NCBI GenBank assembly: GCA_036338695.1
Contig: JAYZBQ010000057.1
Coordinates: forward strand, 1-40,269
Origin: Myxococcota bacterium
GTDB lineage: Bacteria > Myxococcota > UBA4151
Length of the DNA stretch: 40,269 nucleotides
Reading direction: 5' to 3'
Part shown: in pieces, positions 1 to 8,986 of the stretch
Position numbering within the stretch: position 1 is the stretch's first letter
Layout of the letters: each line of letters opens with the position of its first letter
Made by a program: the position numbers and the translations under genes
Notes under the pieces: generated by a model
What the model saw: only the letters and a program-made list of their open reading frames with translations
The model's database searches: none
Told to the model about the DNA's origin: nothing

Positions 1-218
1 CCCGCCGCGGCGCCCCCGCCCCCCCCCCCCTTCTCGATCGGCCCTGCGTCACGGAAGCCGTGCCGCTGAGGACCGCGGCACACGGACTTCAAGTTCGCCA
101 GCGCCTCGAGCTGGCGCGCCCCGTCCTTGACCAATAGCTGCCTCGCCGCCTGGGCGATGCTCTGCGGTTTCGGCAGGGCGCCGGCGAGCAGCGCAGCGGT
201 CAAGAACAGCTGGACCAT
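1..218 (-). CDS. Hypothetical secreted protein, partial (runs off the window start)
   Basis: ATG at 218 overlaps the TGA of the upstream gene (TGATG). My translation, MVQLFLTAALLAGALPKPQSIAQAARQLL..., begins like a signal peptide and stays open to the window edge. The terminal poly-C tract is suspect. Confidence 0.55.
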   Translation of the reverse strand, partial: MVQLFLTAALLAGALPKPQSIAQAARQLLVKDGARQLEALANLKSVCRGPQRHGFRDAGPIEKGGGGGGAAA

Positions 219-1279
219 CAGATCTCGTCAAACATGTACGGCCAGATGGCGTCGATCCGGTCCTGGAACCCTTCGGGGTAGAGGTACCAAAGCGCCGCCG
301 CCACCGAGCTCACCAATGAGTTCCCGTCTTGGGGCGTAAAGCAGAACCCGACAACCTCGCGCTTATTCCGAACCGCTACGGTCGAGGTCGGCACGACGCT
401 CTGGTTCAGAATGCGCCCGTAGAAGCCGTGGTCGCGCCCAAAGCTGAACACCGAGTTCGAGCTCTTGCGGTCGGTCATGGCGATCCAGTCGTCAGCCTGC
501 AGGCGACCGATCACCTCTTCGACCGTCGTGTCTCGGGTCATCTCGAGCGCAAAGTGCATCTGGTGCATGTACTGCGTGTTCAACTTGACCGCCGACGAGA
601 AGATGTCGGGGTCATGACCGAGCGTCTGCAGCAGGTGCCAGGCGTCGCGTGCATGGTGCGTCCCAAAGCGCTCATCGCTGTGATCGCCCACTTGCGGGCT
701 CGGGATGAACGAGGAGTCCTGGCTGATGTCGTTGGCGCGCCGCATCAACAAGAACCGACCCGACTTGAGGTCCAAGCCACCTTGCGTGTTGCCGGTGATG
801 CATTTGACCATGCGGCTCAGGTTATGCGTGTTGCAGCTCACGACCTGCAAGAACCGGTCTTCACCGGGGACGAGCGACTCATCGTTGATCCCCCGTGCGT
901 ACATCTTGCCAAAGCCGAACTCGGAACCCTGAGCGATGAACCCGCGCGGACCGTCGACCTTTTTGTACAGTCGCTCTTTGTTGGCGTTGCCCGCTGGGGT
1001 GCAATCGATCACGACCGATGCGCGCGCCAGCGCCTCGTCGTGCGTGAACGCCGGCTTGTGCCCAAGCGCCTCGAAGTCGGCGCGTACGTCTGAATCGACG
1101 ACGAGCTTGGCGCCGCGACGCACCAGCGCCTCGACCTTAGCTCGCTCACGTGCGATCGGCGTGCGCTTGTGAAAGGTCACCTCATCAATGCCGAACTCCT
1201 TGCGAAACCGGCACAACAACCCGATCAGCGGCTCACCGATGGTGCCCGTACCGACCACATGAACATGACGTCGCGTCAT
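218..1279 (-). CDS. Archaeal-type (class II) glyceraldehyde-3-phosphate dehydrogenase-like protein
   Basis: Rossmann motif VVGTGTIG, VVIDCTP, FIAQGSE, catalytic-type VVSCNTH, RRAND, THHARD and MHQMH correspond to class II GAPDH motifs (GYGTIG, DxTP, FQGGE, VVSCNTT, RRxxD, SHHxxD, MHxH). GGGGAG SD upstream. Confidence 0.75.
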   Translation of the reverse strand: MTRRHVHVVGTGTIGEPLIGLLCRFRKEFGIDEVTFHKRTPIARERAKVEALVRRGAKLVVDSDVRADFEALGHKPAFTHDEALARASVVIDCTPAGNANKERLYKKVDGPRGFIAQGSEFGFGKMYARGINDESLVPGEDRFLQVVSCNTHNLSRMVKCITGNTQGGLDLKSGRFLLMRRANDISQDSSFIPSPQVGDHSDERFGTHHARDAWHLLQTLGHDPDIFSSAVKLNTQYMHQMHFALEMTRDTTVEEVIGRLQADDWIAMTDRKSSNSVFSFGRDHGFYGRILNQSVVPTSTVAVRNKREVVGFCFTPQDGNSLVSSVAAALWYLYPEGFQDRIDAIWPYMFDEI

Positions 1280-1422
1280 CGCTTCTCCCCCTGAGGGTTA
1301 GTAGGTGGCGCCGCTCTCACCTAACGACCTGCTCGGGTCAACCGAAGTTTTTGCTTCTCCCGCCCTCCTGCGCGAAGCTCGCGTGCGCGCCACCCTCACG
1401 GGCGCTTCAGAGAGTACGCTGT

Positions 1423-3096
1423 ATGTCCGAGCTTTTCGCTGGAAAATACCTGCTCAAAGAGCGCCTCGGTGTGGGCGGGATGGCCGAGGTCTGGCTTGCG
1501 GAGCTCAAGGGCCCCCAGGGGTTCTCAAGACAGCTCGTGATCAAGCGCATCCTCCCCCACTTAGCTGATGACGACAACTTCATCACGATGTTCGAGGACG
1601 AGGCGCGCCTAGCGGCTCGGCTCAACCACCCACACGCCGTGCGCGTCGAGGAATTCGGTCAGTCTGGGGACGTCTGGTACCTCGCGATGGAGTACCTCGA
1701 CGGCGGCGACCTGCGCCGCCTCACCCGCGCAGCGCTGACCCGCAACGAATCCGTGCCCCTTGAGGTCCTGCTCCAAATGGGCGGCGACGTCGCCGCTGCG
1801 CTCCATCATGCGCACACGCTCGCAGGGGCTGACGGTCAGCCGCTGAACATGATCCACCGCGACGTCAGCCCGCACAACATCCTCGTGACCACGCAAGGTC
1901 AAGCCAAGCTCGTCGACTTCGGGATTGCCCGAGCCGAGTCCAACCAGGTCAAGACACGCACCGGCATGGTCAAAGGCAAAAGCGGCTACATGAGCCCCGA
2001 GCAGGCGCTGGGTCGCACCTTAGACGGTCGCTCAGACCAGTTCGCCTTAGCCATCGTTTTTTACGAGACCGCAGCGCAGGCGCGGATCTTCCAAGGCGAG
2101 AACGACCTTGCGATCATGCGCAAGGTCGTTGCCTGTGAGATCCCGCCGCTGATCAGCGTCGACCCCAACACATCGCTCGAGTTCTCTGAGGTGCTCGAGC
2201 AGGCGCTGCAGCGCAGCGCTGAGGACCGCTTCCCGGACTGCGACGCCTTCGCCCAAGCCCTCTATGGCTGCTTGGACTCGGCGGGTTATCGAGGCGGTCA
2301 CCAACCCGTCGCCAGCTGGGTCACGCAGATGCGTGGCGTGGAGGGTAAGCTGACGAAGCTCCCCAGTCTGGATCAGCGACGAGACCTCAGCGGCGTGCGC
2401 GAGGAGATCACCAAGATCAGCCGCAGCCGCAGCGCCATGCAGCGAGCCTCAACACCTCAAAAGAGCCAAGCCGCTGCGGGGCGCCTCGGCGGCACGCAGA
2501 CGGCGCCACCACCGGCGGCGGCGGCGAGTTCGTGGCTCCCGCTGGTGCTCGCAGGTGGCTTGTTGTTACTCGGTGGCGTGGCGTATTTTGCGACCAGCCA
2601 GACGAGCCAGGACGCGCCCGATGCAGCGAGCGCGCCGAGCGCCCAACCAGCTCCTGAGCCAATGCCCCGCGAGCCGCGCATCGTGGTCGAGGAACCTGCA
2701 GCACCGAGCAAGGAGCCCAAAGTTCAAGCTGCGCCATCCACGCTGCCTCCTGCGAAAGCGCCCGCAGCGCAACCTGCCCCCAAGGTGAAAGCCAAGCGTC
2801 GCGTCAACAAGCCACGGCGTGCCAGCCCCCCGGCGCCGGCTCAGACTGCGAATTTGAAGGTGACGATCCGAGCCGGCAGCGACCCTCGGAGCCGAGGGTT
2901 GATCTACATCAACGGGCGGCGCGCCCGCGGCGCAACCGAACGCAACGCGACGGTCACGCTCCCGGTCGGCCGACACGAGGTGTGCGTCGTCAACCAAGAG
3001 TTTGGCATCGCCAAAAGGGAGACGGTGACGCTCCCGCCAGCTGGGCGGCGCATCTACATCAAAATGACCGACGCCCCATCGGGGTCCTGCCCCTAA
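1423..3096 (+). CDS. Hanks-type Ser/Thr protein kinase with TM helix, Pro/Ala-rich linker and C-terminal PEGA-like domain
   Basis: LGVGGMAEV, VIKRIL, HRDVSPHN, DFGIA, YMSPEQ, RSDQFAL; TM segment WLPLVLAGGLLLLGGVAYF. Start moved from the ORF-track 1150 to ATG 1423 (MSELFAGKY). Confidence 0.93.
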   Translation: MSELFAGKYLLKERLGVGGMAEVWLAELKGPQGFSRQLVIKRILPHLADDDNFITMFEDEARLAARLNHPHAVRVEEFGQSGDVWYLAMEYLDGGDLRRLTRAALTRNESVPLEVLLQMGGDVAAALHHAHTLAGADGQPLNMIHRDVSPHNILVTTQGQAKLVDFGIARAESNQVKTRTGMVKGKSGYMSPEQALGRTLDGRSDQFALAIVFYETAAQARIFQGENDLAIMRKVVACEIPPLISVDPNTSLEFSEVLEQALQRSAEDRFPDCDAFAQALYGCLDSAGYRGGHQPVASWVTQMRGVEGKLTKLPSLDQRRDLSGVREEITKISRSRSAMQRASTPQKSQAAAGRLGGTQTAPPPAAAASSWLPLVLAGGLLLLGGVAYFATSQTSQDAPDAASAPSAQPAPEPMPREPRIVVEEPAAPSKEPKVQAAPSTLPPAKAPAAQPAPKVKAKRRVNKPRRASPPAPAQTANLKVTIRAGSDPRSRGLIYINGRRARGATERNATVTLPVGRHEVCVVNQEFGIAKRETVTLPPAGRRIYIKMTDAPSGSCP

Positions 3097-3572
3097 TCGC
3101 TCGGCGGCTGCTCAAGCCCTAGCCGCATACGCGGGTTCTCGGCCCCGCGCAGCGCCTCGATCTGTCGCTCGATCACGTCCGTCAGGTCAAAGAAGAGCTC
3201 ACCGCGCCAGCGCTCGCCGCACGAGATGCGCACACGATCGAGCCAGCGCTCGCCCCCAACTAACTCCAAACTTTTCACCTCAACCGGCTGACCACACGGT
3301 GGATGATCCACCCAGGTCCGAGCGAAGCCCAACTCGGCGATGCTGGCGGGGCCGTCTTTGACCACCACCGGAGCCTCCTCGGTGCCCATGCCGGCCTTCA
3401 CCCAGAGCCCTTGCGGCGTCTCAACCAGTTGATCGGGCGGCGCCTTGATCGTCAGGGTCACGTCTCGCGGCCCGCTCGGTGTTGGAGCAGCCGGTGGACT
3501 CGCCGGCGGCGCAGGCTCGGAGGCCGGGCAACCGCCCACAAGGCAGCCGATCAGCGCCGCAGCGAACCTCAT
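3093..3572 (-). CDS. Hypothetical lipoprotein
   Basis: Lipobox-like LVGGC and Pro-rich tether. ATGA overlap with the tyrS stop implies translational coupling. Confidence 0.7.
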   Translation of the reverse strand: MRFAAALIGCLVGGCPASEPAPPASPPAAPTPSGPRDVTLTIKAPPDQLVETPQGLWVKAGMGTEEAPVVVKDGPASIAELGFARTWVDHPPCGQPVEVKSLELVGGERWLDRVRISCGERWRGELFFDLTDVIERQIEALRGAENPRMRLGLEQPPSD

Positions 3573-4813
3573 GCACCGATCATTCGAAAAAATCGGCGCT
3601 TGCCCACGCGCAAGACCCAGTCACCGCTCGGGATCTCTTGAAAGGGGTCCTCGGCAACCTCACCGTCGATACGCACGCCACGCCCTTGCACAAGGCGCCT
3701 CGCCTCGCCGCGCGACTTCGCAACCCCTGCTGCGACGAGACAGCCGAGGTAATCGGTCTGCGCAGCGAGCTGCACCTCGGGCAGGTCATCAGGCAGAGCG
3801 TCTTTGTCGTGTGAGATCCGCTCGAACTCTGCGCGCTCATGCGCGCCCGCTTGCGCTCCGGAGAATCGAGCGGTGATCTCTTGAGCGAGGTCAAGCTTCG
3901 CCTGCTTTGGGTGCACAGAGCCGTCGGCGACCTGGGCCTTCAGCTGCTCGATCTCCGCAAGGCTTCGATCGCTGAGGAGCTCGTAGTAGCGCCACATCAG
4001 CGGGTCGCAGATGCGCATCATTTTGCCGAACTGATCGCGTGCGGGCTCGTCGACCCCAATCGCGTTGCCCAAGGACTTACTCATCTTGGCGCCACTCACG
4101 CCCTCACCGTCTGCCTGGGCGTCGATCCCCTCGAGCAAAGGATTGGTCATGACGATCTGCGGGGGCAGCTTGCTGCCGCGCTCCATCTCCTGCTTCATCA
4201 GCGTTCGGCCAAGGAGGAGATTGAAGAGTTGATCATCGCCGCCGAGCTCGACATCTGCTTTGAGCATCACCGAATCCCAGGCTTGGACCAGCGGGTACAA
4301 GAACTCATGGATGGCGATGCTCTGCCCCGCCTTGTAGCGCTTATCAAAATCGTCGCGTTCGAGCATACGCGCCACCGGGTATCGGCTGGCGAGGGCGATT
4401 AATTCAGAGGCGGGCATGTCGCCAAACCACTCGGAGTTAAAGCGGACCTCCGTCTTCTCTGGGTCCAGGATTTTGAAGACCTGGGCTTTGTAGGTCTCGG
4501 CGTTGCGCTTGACGTCGTCGAGCGTTAGCGGCGGGCGCGTCTTCGAGCGGCCGGTCGGGTCACCGATCATCGCCGTAAAATCGCCGATCAAGAAGATCGC
4601 GGTGTGACCGAGATCTTGAAAGCGCTTCATCCGCTGCAGCAAGACCGTATGCCCCAAGTGGAGGTCAGGCGCGGTCGGATCAAAACCCGCCTTGACCCGG
4701 AGCGGTTGTCCGGTTTCTTGGCTGCGCTCAAGCCGTTTGAGCAGCTCCTCCTCGCTGTGGAGGCTGACGCAGCCGCGGCTGAGTTCTGCTACCTGTTCTT
4801 CCAAGCCGAGCAT
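3569..4813 (-). CDS. tyrS: Tyrosine--tRNA ligase
   Basis: [13 protein letters not shown] (HIGH), [24 protein letters not shown]-terminal S4-like domain (RVGKRRF). ATG 4813 is preceded by AGGGAG. Confidence 0.97.
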   Translation of the reverse strand: MLGLEEQVAELSRGCVSLHSEEELLKRLERSQETGQPLRVKAGFDPTAPDLHLGHTVLLQRMKRFQDLGHTAIFLIGDFTAMIGDPTGRSKTRPPLTLDDVKRNAETYKAQVFKILDPEKTEVRFNSEWFGDMPASELIALASRYPVARMLERDDFDKRYKAGQSIAIHEFLYPLVQAWDSVMLKADVELGGDDQLFNLLLGRTLMKQEMERGSKLPPQIVMTNPLLEGIDAQADGEGVSGAKMSKSLGNAIGVDEPARDQFGKMMRICDPLMWRYYELLSDRSLAEIEQLKAQVADGSVHPKQAKLDLAQEITARFSGAQAGAHERAEFERISHDKDALPDDLPEVQLAAQTDYLGCLVAAGVAKSRGEARRLVQGRGVRIDGEVAEDPFQEIPSGDWVLRVGKRRFFRMIGA

Positions 4814-4827
4814 GACACCCAAACTCC

Positions 4828-6354
4828 CTACATCGCCGTTTCGCTGATGCGCGTCTCTCGCACCACGTGCACGCGCACCTCGCCCATCGTGTCGGATTGC
4901 TCCTCGATCCGTCGCGCCAAGCGCTGCGCCAACGCCAGCAAGCGCCCCTCGGCGACGCGGTCTGGATCGACGAGCACGCGGATCTCTCGCCCAGCCTGGA
5001 CGGCATGCGCGCTGCGCACACCCTCTTCACTGGCTGCCAGATTCTCCAAATGCGTCAAGCGCTCGACGGCCTTGCCCAGCTGCTCCTGACGGGCGCCGGG
5101 GCGGTTCTCTGCCAGCTTGAGCGCCGACGAGACGATCATCCCCGCAACCGTCGCCGGGTCTCCATCACTCGCCAGGTCCTGAAGCGCAGCCACCACCAAC
5201 TTGCTCTCGCCATGCTTCGCCGCCAGATCGGCGGTCACCTTTGCGACGCTGCCTTCAAAGTGATGATCAGCGGCCCGACCCACCAACGACAAGAGGCCGG
5301 CGCGCCGAACGACCTTCGGCGACTGCCCCAGGCTCTCCGCGATCAGCTCGGACAGGTGCGCCACGTTGATCGCAAGCATCAGCTGATCCTGACCGAGGAC
5401 TTGGTGGAACTGCAGCTTACCCAAGAGCAAGAGCAGCGCCGGGTTGACGCCGTGCACCCCGAGCTCAGCGGCGGCGTCCTCGCCCCGCTGCCGACAGACC
5501 TTGTCCAGGTTCGAGCCCGCCTTTTTCACCGACTCCTCGATGCGAGACGGGTGAATGCGCCCATCTTCGATCAGCCGCTCAAGCGCCATACGCGCAACCT
5601 CTCGACGGACCGGGTTAAAGCAGCTCAACGTAATCAACTCAGGGGTGTCATCGATGATGACGTCCACCCCGGTCGCTTGCTCGAAGGCTTGAATGTTGCG
5701 CCCCTCACGACCGATGATCCTGCCTTTGGACTCGTCGCTCGGGAGGTTGACCGCCGTGGTTGTGATCTCAGCGACCGTCTCCGAACCATAGCGAAAGACC
5801 GCCTTGGCGAGCAGCTTGGTCGACTCCTCCCTGAGGTTGTCGGTCACTTGCTGCTGAAGCCGTCGAATCTCGCCTGCGGCGCGCTGCTCTGCATCACTCA
5901 TCAGCTGCGCCTCTAGGCGAGCCAAAGCCTCTTCTTGGGTCAGGTTCGCGACCCGCTCGAGCGCCGAGTTCAGCTCGCCCTCCTGATCAGCGAGTCGCTC
6001 TTGAAGCGTCGTCAGACGCGCCTCCTTCTTGTCCAGCGACCTCTCGTCTTGCGCCAGCTTCTGCCGGTCCGTGTCCAACTTGGCGCGCTGCGACTTGAGC
6101 TGCTTTTCTTGCTCTTGAAGCTCTGCCCGCTCAGCCCGAGCTTCTTGAATGCTCTGCTTGAGCTCATCCTCGCTGGCCTGTTGCTCCGAGGTGAGCTCTT
6201 CTTTGAGCTGCTCGAGGCGTTGTTCTTGATCCGCCTTGAGGCGTTCAAGACGGCGTTGTGCGCCGTCGAGCTGCGTCTTCGCGCGCCGTGAAGCGACGAA
6301 GAGCCCGAGCCCGATACCCAGCATCAGCGCTCCGATTGCTACGACCATCTCCAT
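4828..6354 (-). CDS. rny: Ribonuclease Y homolog with degenerate (probably inactive) HD domain
   Basis: N-terminal TM helix, long coiled coil, KH motif [50 protein letters not shown] and [10 protein letters not shown] are all present. The HD motif position reads [15 protein letters not shown] before ATG 6354. Confidence 0.92.
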   Translation of the reverse strand: MEMVVAIGALMLGIGLGLFVASRRAKTQLDGAQRRLERLKADQEQRLEQLKEELTSEQQASEDELKQSIQEARAERAELQEQEKQLKSQRAKLDTDRQKLAQDERSLDKKEARLTTLQERLADQEGELNSALERVANLTQEEALARLEAQLMSDAEQRAAGEIRRLQQQVTDNLREESTKLLAKAVFRYGSETVAEITTTAVNLPSDESKGRIIGREGRNIQAFEQATGVDVIIDDTPELITLSCFNPVRREVARMALERLIEDGRIHPSRIEESVKKAGSNLDKVCRQRGEDAAAELGVHGVNPALLLLLGKLQFHQVLGQDQLMLAINVAHLSELIAESLGQSPKVVRRAGLLSLVGRAADHHFEGSVAKVTADLAAKHGESKLVVAALQDLASDGDPATVAGMIVSSALKLAENRPGARQEQLGKAVERLTHLENLAASEEGVRSAHAVQAGREIRVLVDPDRVAEGRLLALAQRLARRIEEQSDTMGEVRVHVVRETRISETAM

Positions 6355-6922
6355 GGTCTTGCTCCTTCTTCTTGGCGACGTAGACATGACGCTCTGTCAC
6401 GACGACGTCCACCGTGTAATCGAAGGATGCTAAGGGGACATCAGGGTAGAGCCCTGCTTCATCGGTCAACCCGATGGTCAACGCAGCATGAGTCCGCAGG
6501 TAGCGATCGTAAAATCCCTTCCCACGACCCAGCCGAGCACCGTTCGGGCTAAACGCCAACCCCGGCACCAAGATCACATCGGGTCGCCTCACTGGCGCCT
6601 CCGTGGGCGGCTCGAGGATCGAGCGCCAACCCGGCACCAGCTCACCCCGTGCGCACACGTGAAACACGAGGTCCTCACCCGCCACACGAGGCCAGGCTTG
6701 AACCCCTGGCGCTCGCTGAAGGATCGGCTCTCCGTCGATCGCCGCAAAGCAACCGACGACCAACGGCCGCGCCTCAAGGGGCGGCAGGCACTCGCCGAGG
6801 ACCTGGTCGATCGCCTCGCCGATGCGCCTCCAATAACCGCTGTCTCGCTGGGCTCGACGCGCCCTCTCGAGCGCTCGAAGCGCCCGCTTCTGTGCGCTCA
6901 CTGGCGTATCCAACGTGCTCAC
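6245..6922 (-). CDS. ygfA: 5-formyltetrahydrofolate cyclo-ligase
   Basis: ILEP, DVILVPGLAF, RLGRGKGFYDRYL and VDVVVTE motifs; canonical position downstream of 6S RNA. The C-terminal tail overlaps the rny start. Confidence 0.9.
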   Translation of the reverse strand: MSTLDTPVSAQKRALRALERARRAQRDSGYWRRIGEAIDQVLGECLPPLEARPLVVGCFAAIDGEPILQRAPGVQAWPRVAGEDLVFHVCARGELVPGWRSILEPPTEAPVRRPDVILVPGLAFSPNGARLGRGKGFYDRYLRTHAALTIGLTDEAGLYPDVPLASFDYTVDVVVTERHVYVAKKKEQDHGDGRSNRSADAGYRARALRRFTAREDAARRRTTPS

Positions 6923-6970
6923 ACGTGCCGCTGCGAGACGGACGGTTGACGGGCCAACCGAAGGGACCCA

Positions 6971-7140
6971 ACTGCTCGACGCATCACCTGGTGCTCTCGA
7001 CCTGCTGCAGCAGGTGGGTGTTGGAGGAGGCGCTTCTGGTACGTTTCCCGCAGAAAACCATTCACTCCACGCCTTTCAAACCAACTCCCAGAAAGGAAAT
7101 GCGGCCGGAACCACTCTGTGTGGTCATGCGCCGACGCAGT
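6971..7140 (-). ncRNA. ssrS: 6S RNA
   Basis: Lies between zapA and ygfA, the established ssrS synteny. About 170 nt. The ends pair (ACUGC-g-UCGGCGCAU-g-ACC with GGU-g-AUGCGUCGA-GCAGU), there is an inner stem (UGGGAGUUGG...AGGCG with CGCCU...CCAACACCCA), and a CCCACCUG...CAGGU 3' bubble hairpin of the type seen in 6S RNAs. Ends are approximate. Confidence 0.85.
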
Positions 7141-7141
7141 C

Positions 7142-7456
7142 TTAGATGGGCCCTCCAGAATCTGTGATCAACTCTTCTAGTTGCCGGCGAACCACACCGA
7201 GCTCGCCAGATGTCTCCTCAATCATCCTCCGCGCCTCCGTCCGATGGTTCTCGTACGTAAGGCAGATGGTGAAGAGGGCTTGGACCAACTGCGTGCTGGT
7301 CGGGCCCCCATCAGTACTTCCTTTATTCGCAGCAAGGAGTCGACCGAGTACCTCATTGGCTCGATCTGCAGCAGCGACCAGAGCCTCCTCGGAATGACTC
7401 CCGACTTGGACTCTCAGGCGGCGACTTCCTACTTTGACCTCGAGCTTCTGACCCAT
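7142..7456 (-). CDS. zapA: Cell division protein ZapA family
   Basis: 104 aa with N-terminal beta hairpin (LEVKVGSRRLRV), EEALVAAA helix and C-terminal coiled coil; immediately upstream of 6S RNA; AGGAG SD. Confidence 0.75.
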   Translation of the reverse strand: MGQKLEVKVGSRRLRVQVGSHSEEALVAAADRANEVLGRLLAANKGSTDGGPTSTQLVQALFTICLTYENHRTEARRMIEETSGELGVVRRQLEELITDSGGPI

Positions 7457-7481
7457 CGATCAACTCCTACTGCCGGTGCTC

Positions 7482-7511
7482 ACTCTAGCGCCCTGTTTCT
7501 TCACGGGTCAA
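7482..7511 (-). promoter_or_regulatory. Putative sigma70-type promoter for the zapA-ssrS-ygfA-rny-tyrS unit
   Basis: Minus strand reads TTGACC-N18-TAGAGT, 25 nt upstream of the zapA ATG. Confidence 0.55.
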
Positions 7512-7546
7512 CCAGTCAGGGCGTATGTTTTCATAACCCCGAGCGT

Positions 7547-8986
7547 TTACGTTTGTTCGCCAAACGACTCGAACAAAGCCGCTACGAACTCGTCAGGGTC
7601 AAAGGCGCGCAGGTCCTCAACCGCCTCGCCCACCCCGATGTAATACACTGGCAGCTTAAGCTCATCGCAGATGCCCGCAATCACGCCGCCGCGCGCCGTC
7701 CCATCAAGCTTGGTCAGGATGATCCCGTCGAGCGGGATCGCGTCGACGAAGGTGCGCGCTTGCGCGATCGCGTTCTGACCGATCGTCGCGTCCAGCACGA
7801 GGATCACCTGATGCGGCGCCCCCTCATGCGCTTTGCCCATCACGCGGTGCATCTTTTTGAGCTCATCCATGAGCTCTGCACGTGTATGGAGCCGACCTGC
7901 GGTGTCGCAGAGCACGAGGTCAAAGCCATCGCTCACGCCGCGCGACACGGTCTCGAACAACACCGAGCTCGGATCCGCCTGGTCGGCGCCCCGTACCAGC
8001 GGCGAGTCGGTTCGCTCGGCCCAGACCTGAAGTTGATCAACCGCAGCAGCGCGAAAGGTGTCGCCCGCACCGAGGAGGACCGAGTGCCCCCCTTGCTTGG
8101 CGCGATGGGCGAGCTTACCCATGCTCGTCGTCTTACCCACCCCATTGACGCCGACCAGCATGACCACCTTGGTCTCACCCGCCTTGAGGTCATCGAAGAG
8201 CGAGGGCGCTGGGAGGTTGACGATCGATGCGAGCTCCTCGCGCAGCGCCGCGAAGACAGCGTCTGCGTTTTTCAGGCGACCGCTGCCACGCCGCTGCTTG
8301 AGATCCTCAAGCAGACGATCGGCCGTGCGGGCGCCAATGTCCGAGGTGAACAAGATCGCCTCGAGGTCATCCATCACGGCGTCGTCGATCGCAGCACCGC
8401 CCGAGAGCAGGCTCCCGATCTTTCCAAGGAATCCACTGCGCGTCTTGCTCAGGCCGATGCGATACGCCGCGCGCCGGTCCGCCTCGAACTCGGCGCGCTG
8501 CGCCTCGAGCTCATCCGCACGGCGCTGCGCCGACTGCTCTGCCTCGAGCGCCCGCTGCGCTTTGCGCGCTTCACGCGCTCGAAGATCCGCCTCTTTCTTG
8601 GCGGCAAAAGCCTCTTTACGTTCAGCCTCGAGCGCCGCCTTCTCGCGCGCAACGACTTCGGGGTCTATGACCTCTTCGACGGCCTCGGGTTTGGGTTCCT
8701 CAGCCACCGCATCGACCGCTTCATCGGCAGGCGATGGCGCCTGCGCAGTCTCATCAGCTGCTTCCTGAGCCGCCGCCTCTGAACGCGCTCGAGCCCGCTC
8801 CGCGGCTGCGACCGGGTCGTAGGCGGCGTCTTCGTAGCGGGGTCCATCGTCCTCGGCGCCGCTGCGACGGAACACCAAGACGATGCCAGCGGCGGCGAGC
8901 ACCAAGATGGCTGCGACGGCATACCACATCGGGTCCGCCGTCGCCGAAGTCGCCGCAGCGTCTACCGTGCTCATCAAACGGGTCAT
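7547..8986 (-). CDS. ftsY: Signal recognition particle receptor FtsY with N-terminal TM helix
   Basis: GLSKTR, GVNGVGKTT, DTFRAAA, DTAGR, DATIGQN, TKLDGTARGG, GVGE. Confidence 0.97.
   Translation of the reverse strand: MTRLMSTVDAAATSATADPMWYAVAAILVLAAAGIVLVFRRSGAEDDGPRYEDAAYDPVAAAERARARSEAAAQEAADETAQAPSPADEAVDAVAEEPKPEAVEEVIDPEVVAREKAALEAERKEAFAAKKEADLRAREARKAQRALEAEQSAQRRADELEAQRAEFEADRRAAYRIGLSKTRSGFLGKIGSLLSGGAAIDDAVMDDLEAILFTSDIGARTADRLLEDLKQRRGSGRLKNADAVFAALREELASIVNLPAPSLFDDLKAGETKVVMLVGVNGVGKTTSMGKLAHRAKQGGHSVLLGAGDTFRAAAVDQLQVWAERTDSPLVRGADQADPSSVLFETVSRGVSDGFDLVLCDTAGRLHTRAELMDELKKMHRVMGKAHEGAPHQVILVLDATIGQNAIAQARTFVDAIPLDGIILTKLDGTARGGVIAGICDELKLPVYYIGVGEAVEDLRAFDPDEFVAALFESFGEQT

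Noticed and set aside
1..30. C-rich start including a 12-C run (19-30)
   Set aside because: It lies at the window edge and turns a plausible ORF into poly-Gly; most likely a poly-G sequencing or contig-end artefact.
7181..8782. 533-aa + strand ORF antisense to ftsY/zapA (likewise 22533-23999 opposite ahcY, 4867-5916 opposite rny, 329-1093 opposite the GAPDH-like gene)
   Set aside because: Long antisense frames are expected from codon bias in high-GC genes; they show no recognisable motifs.
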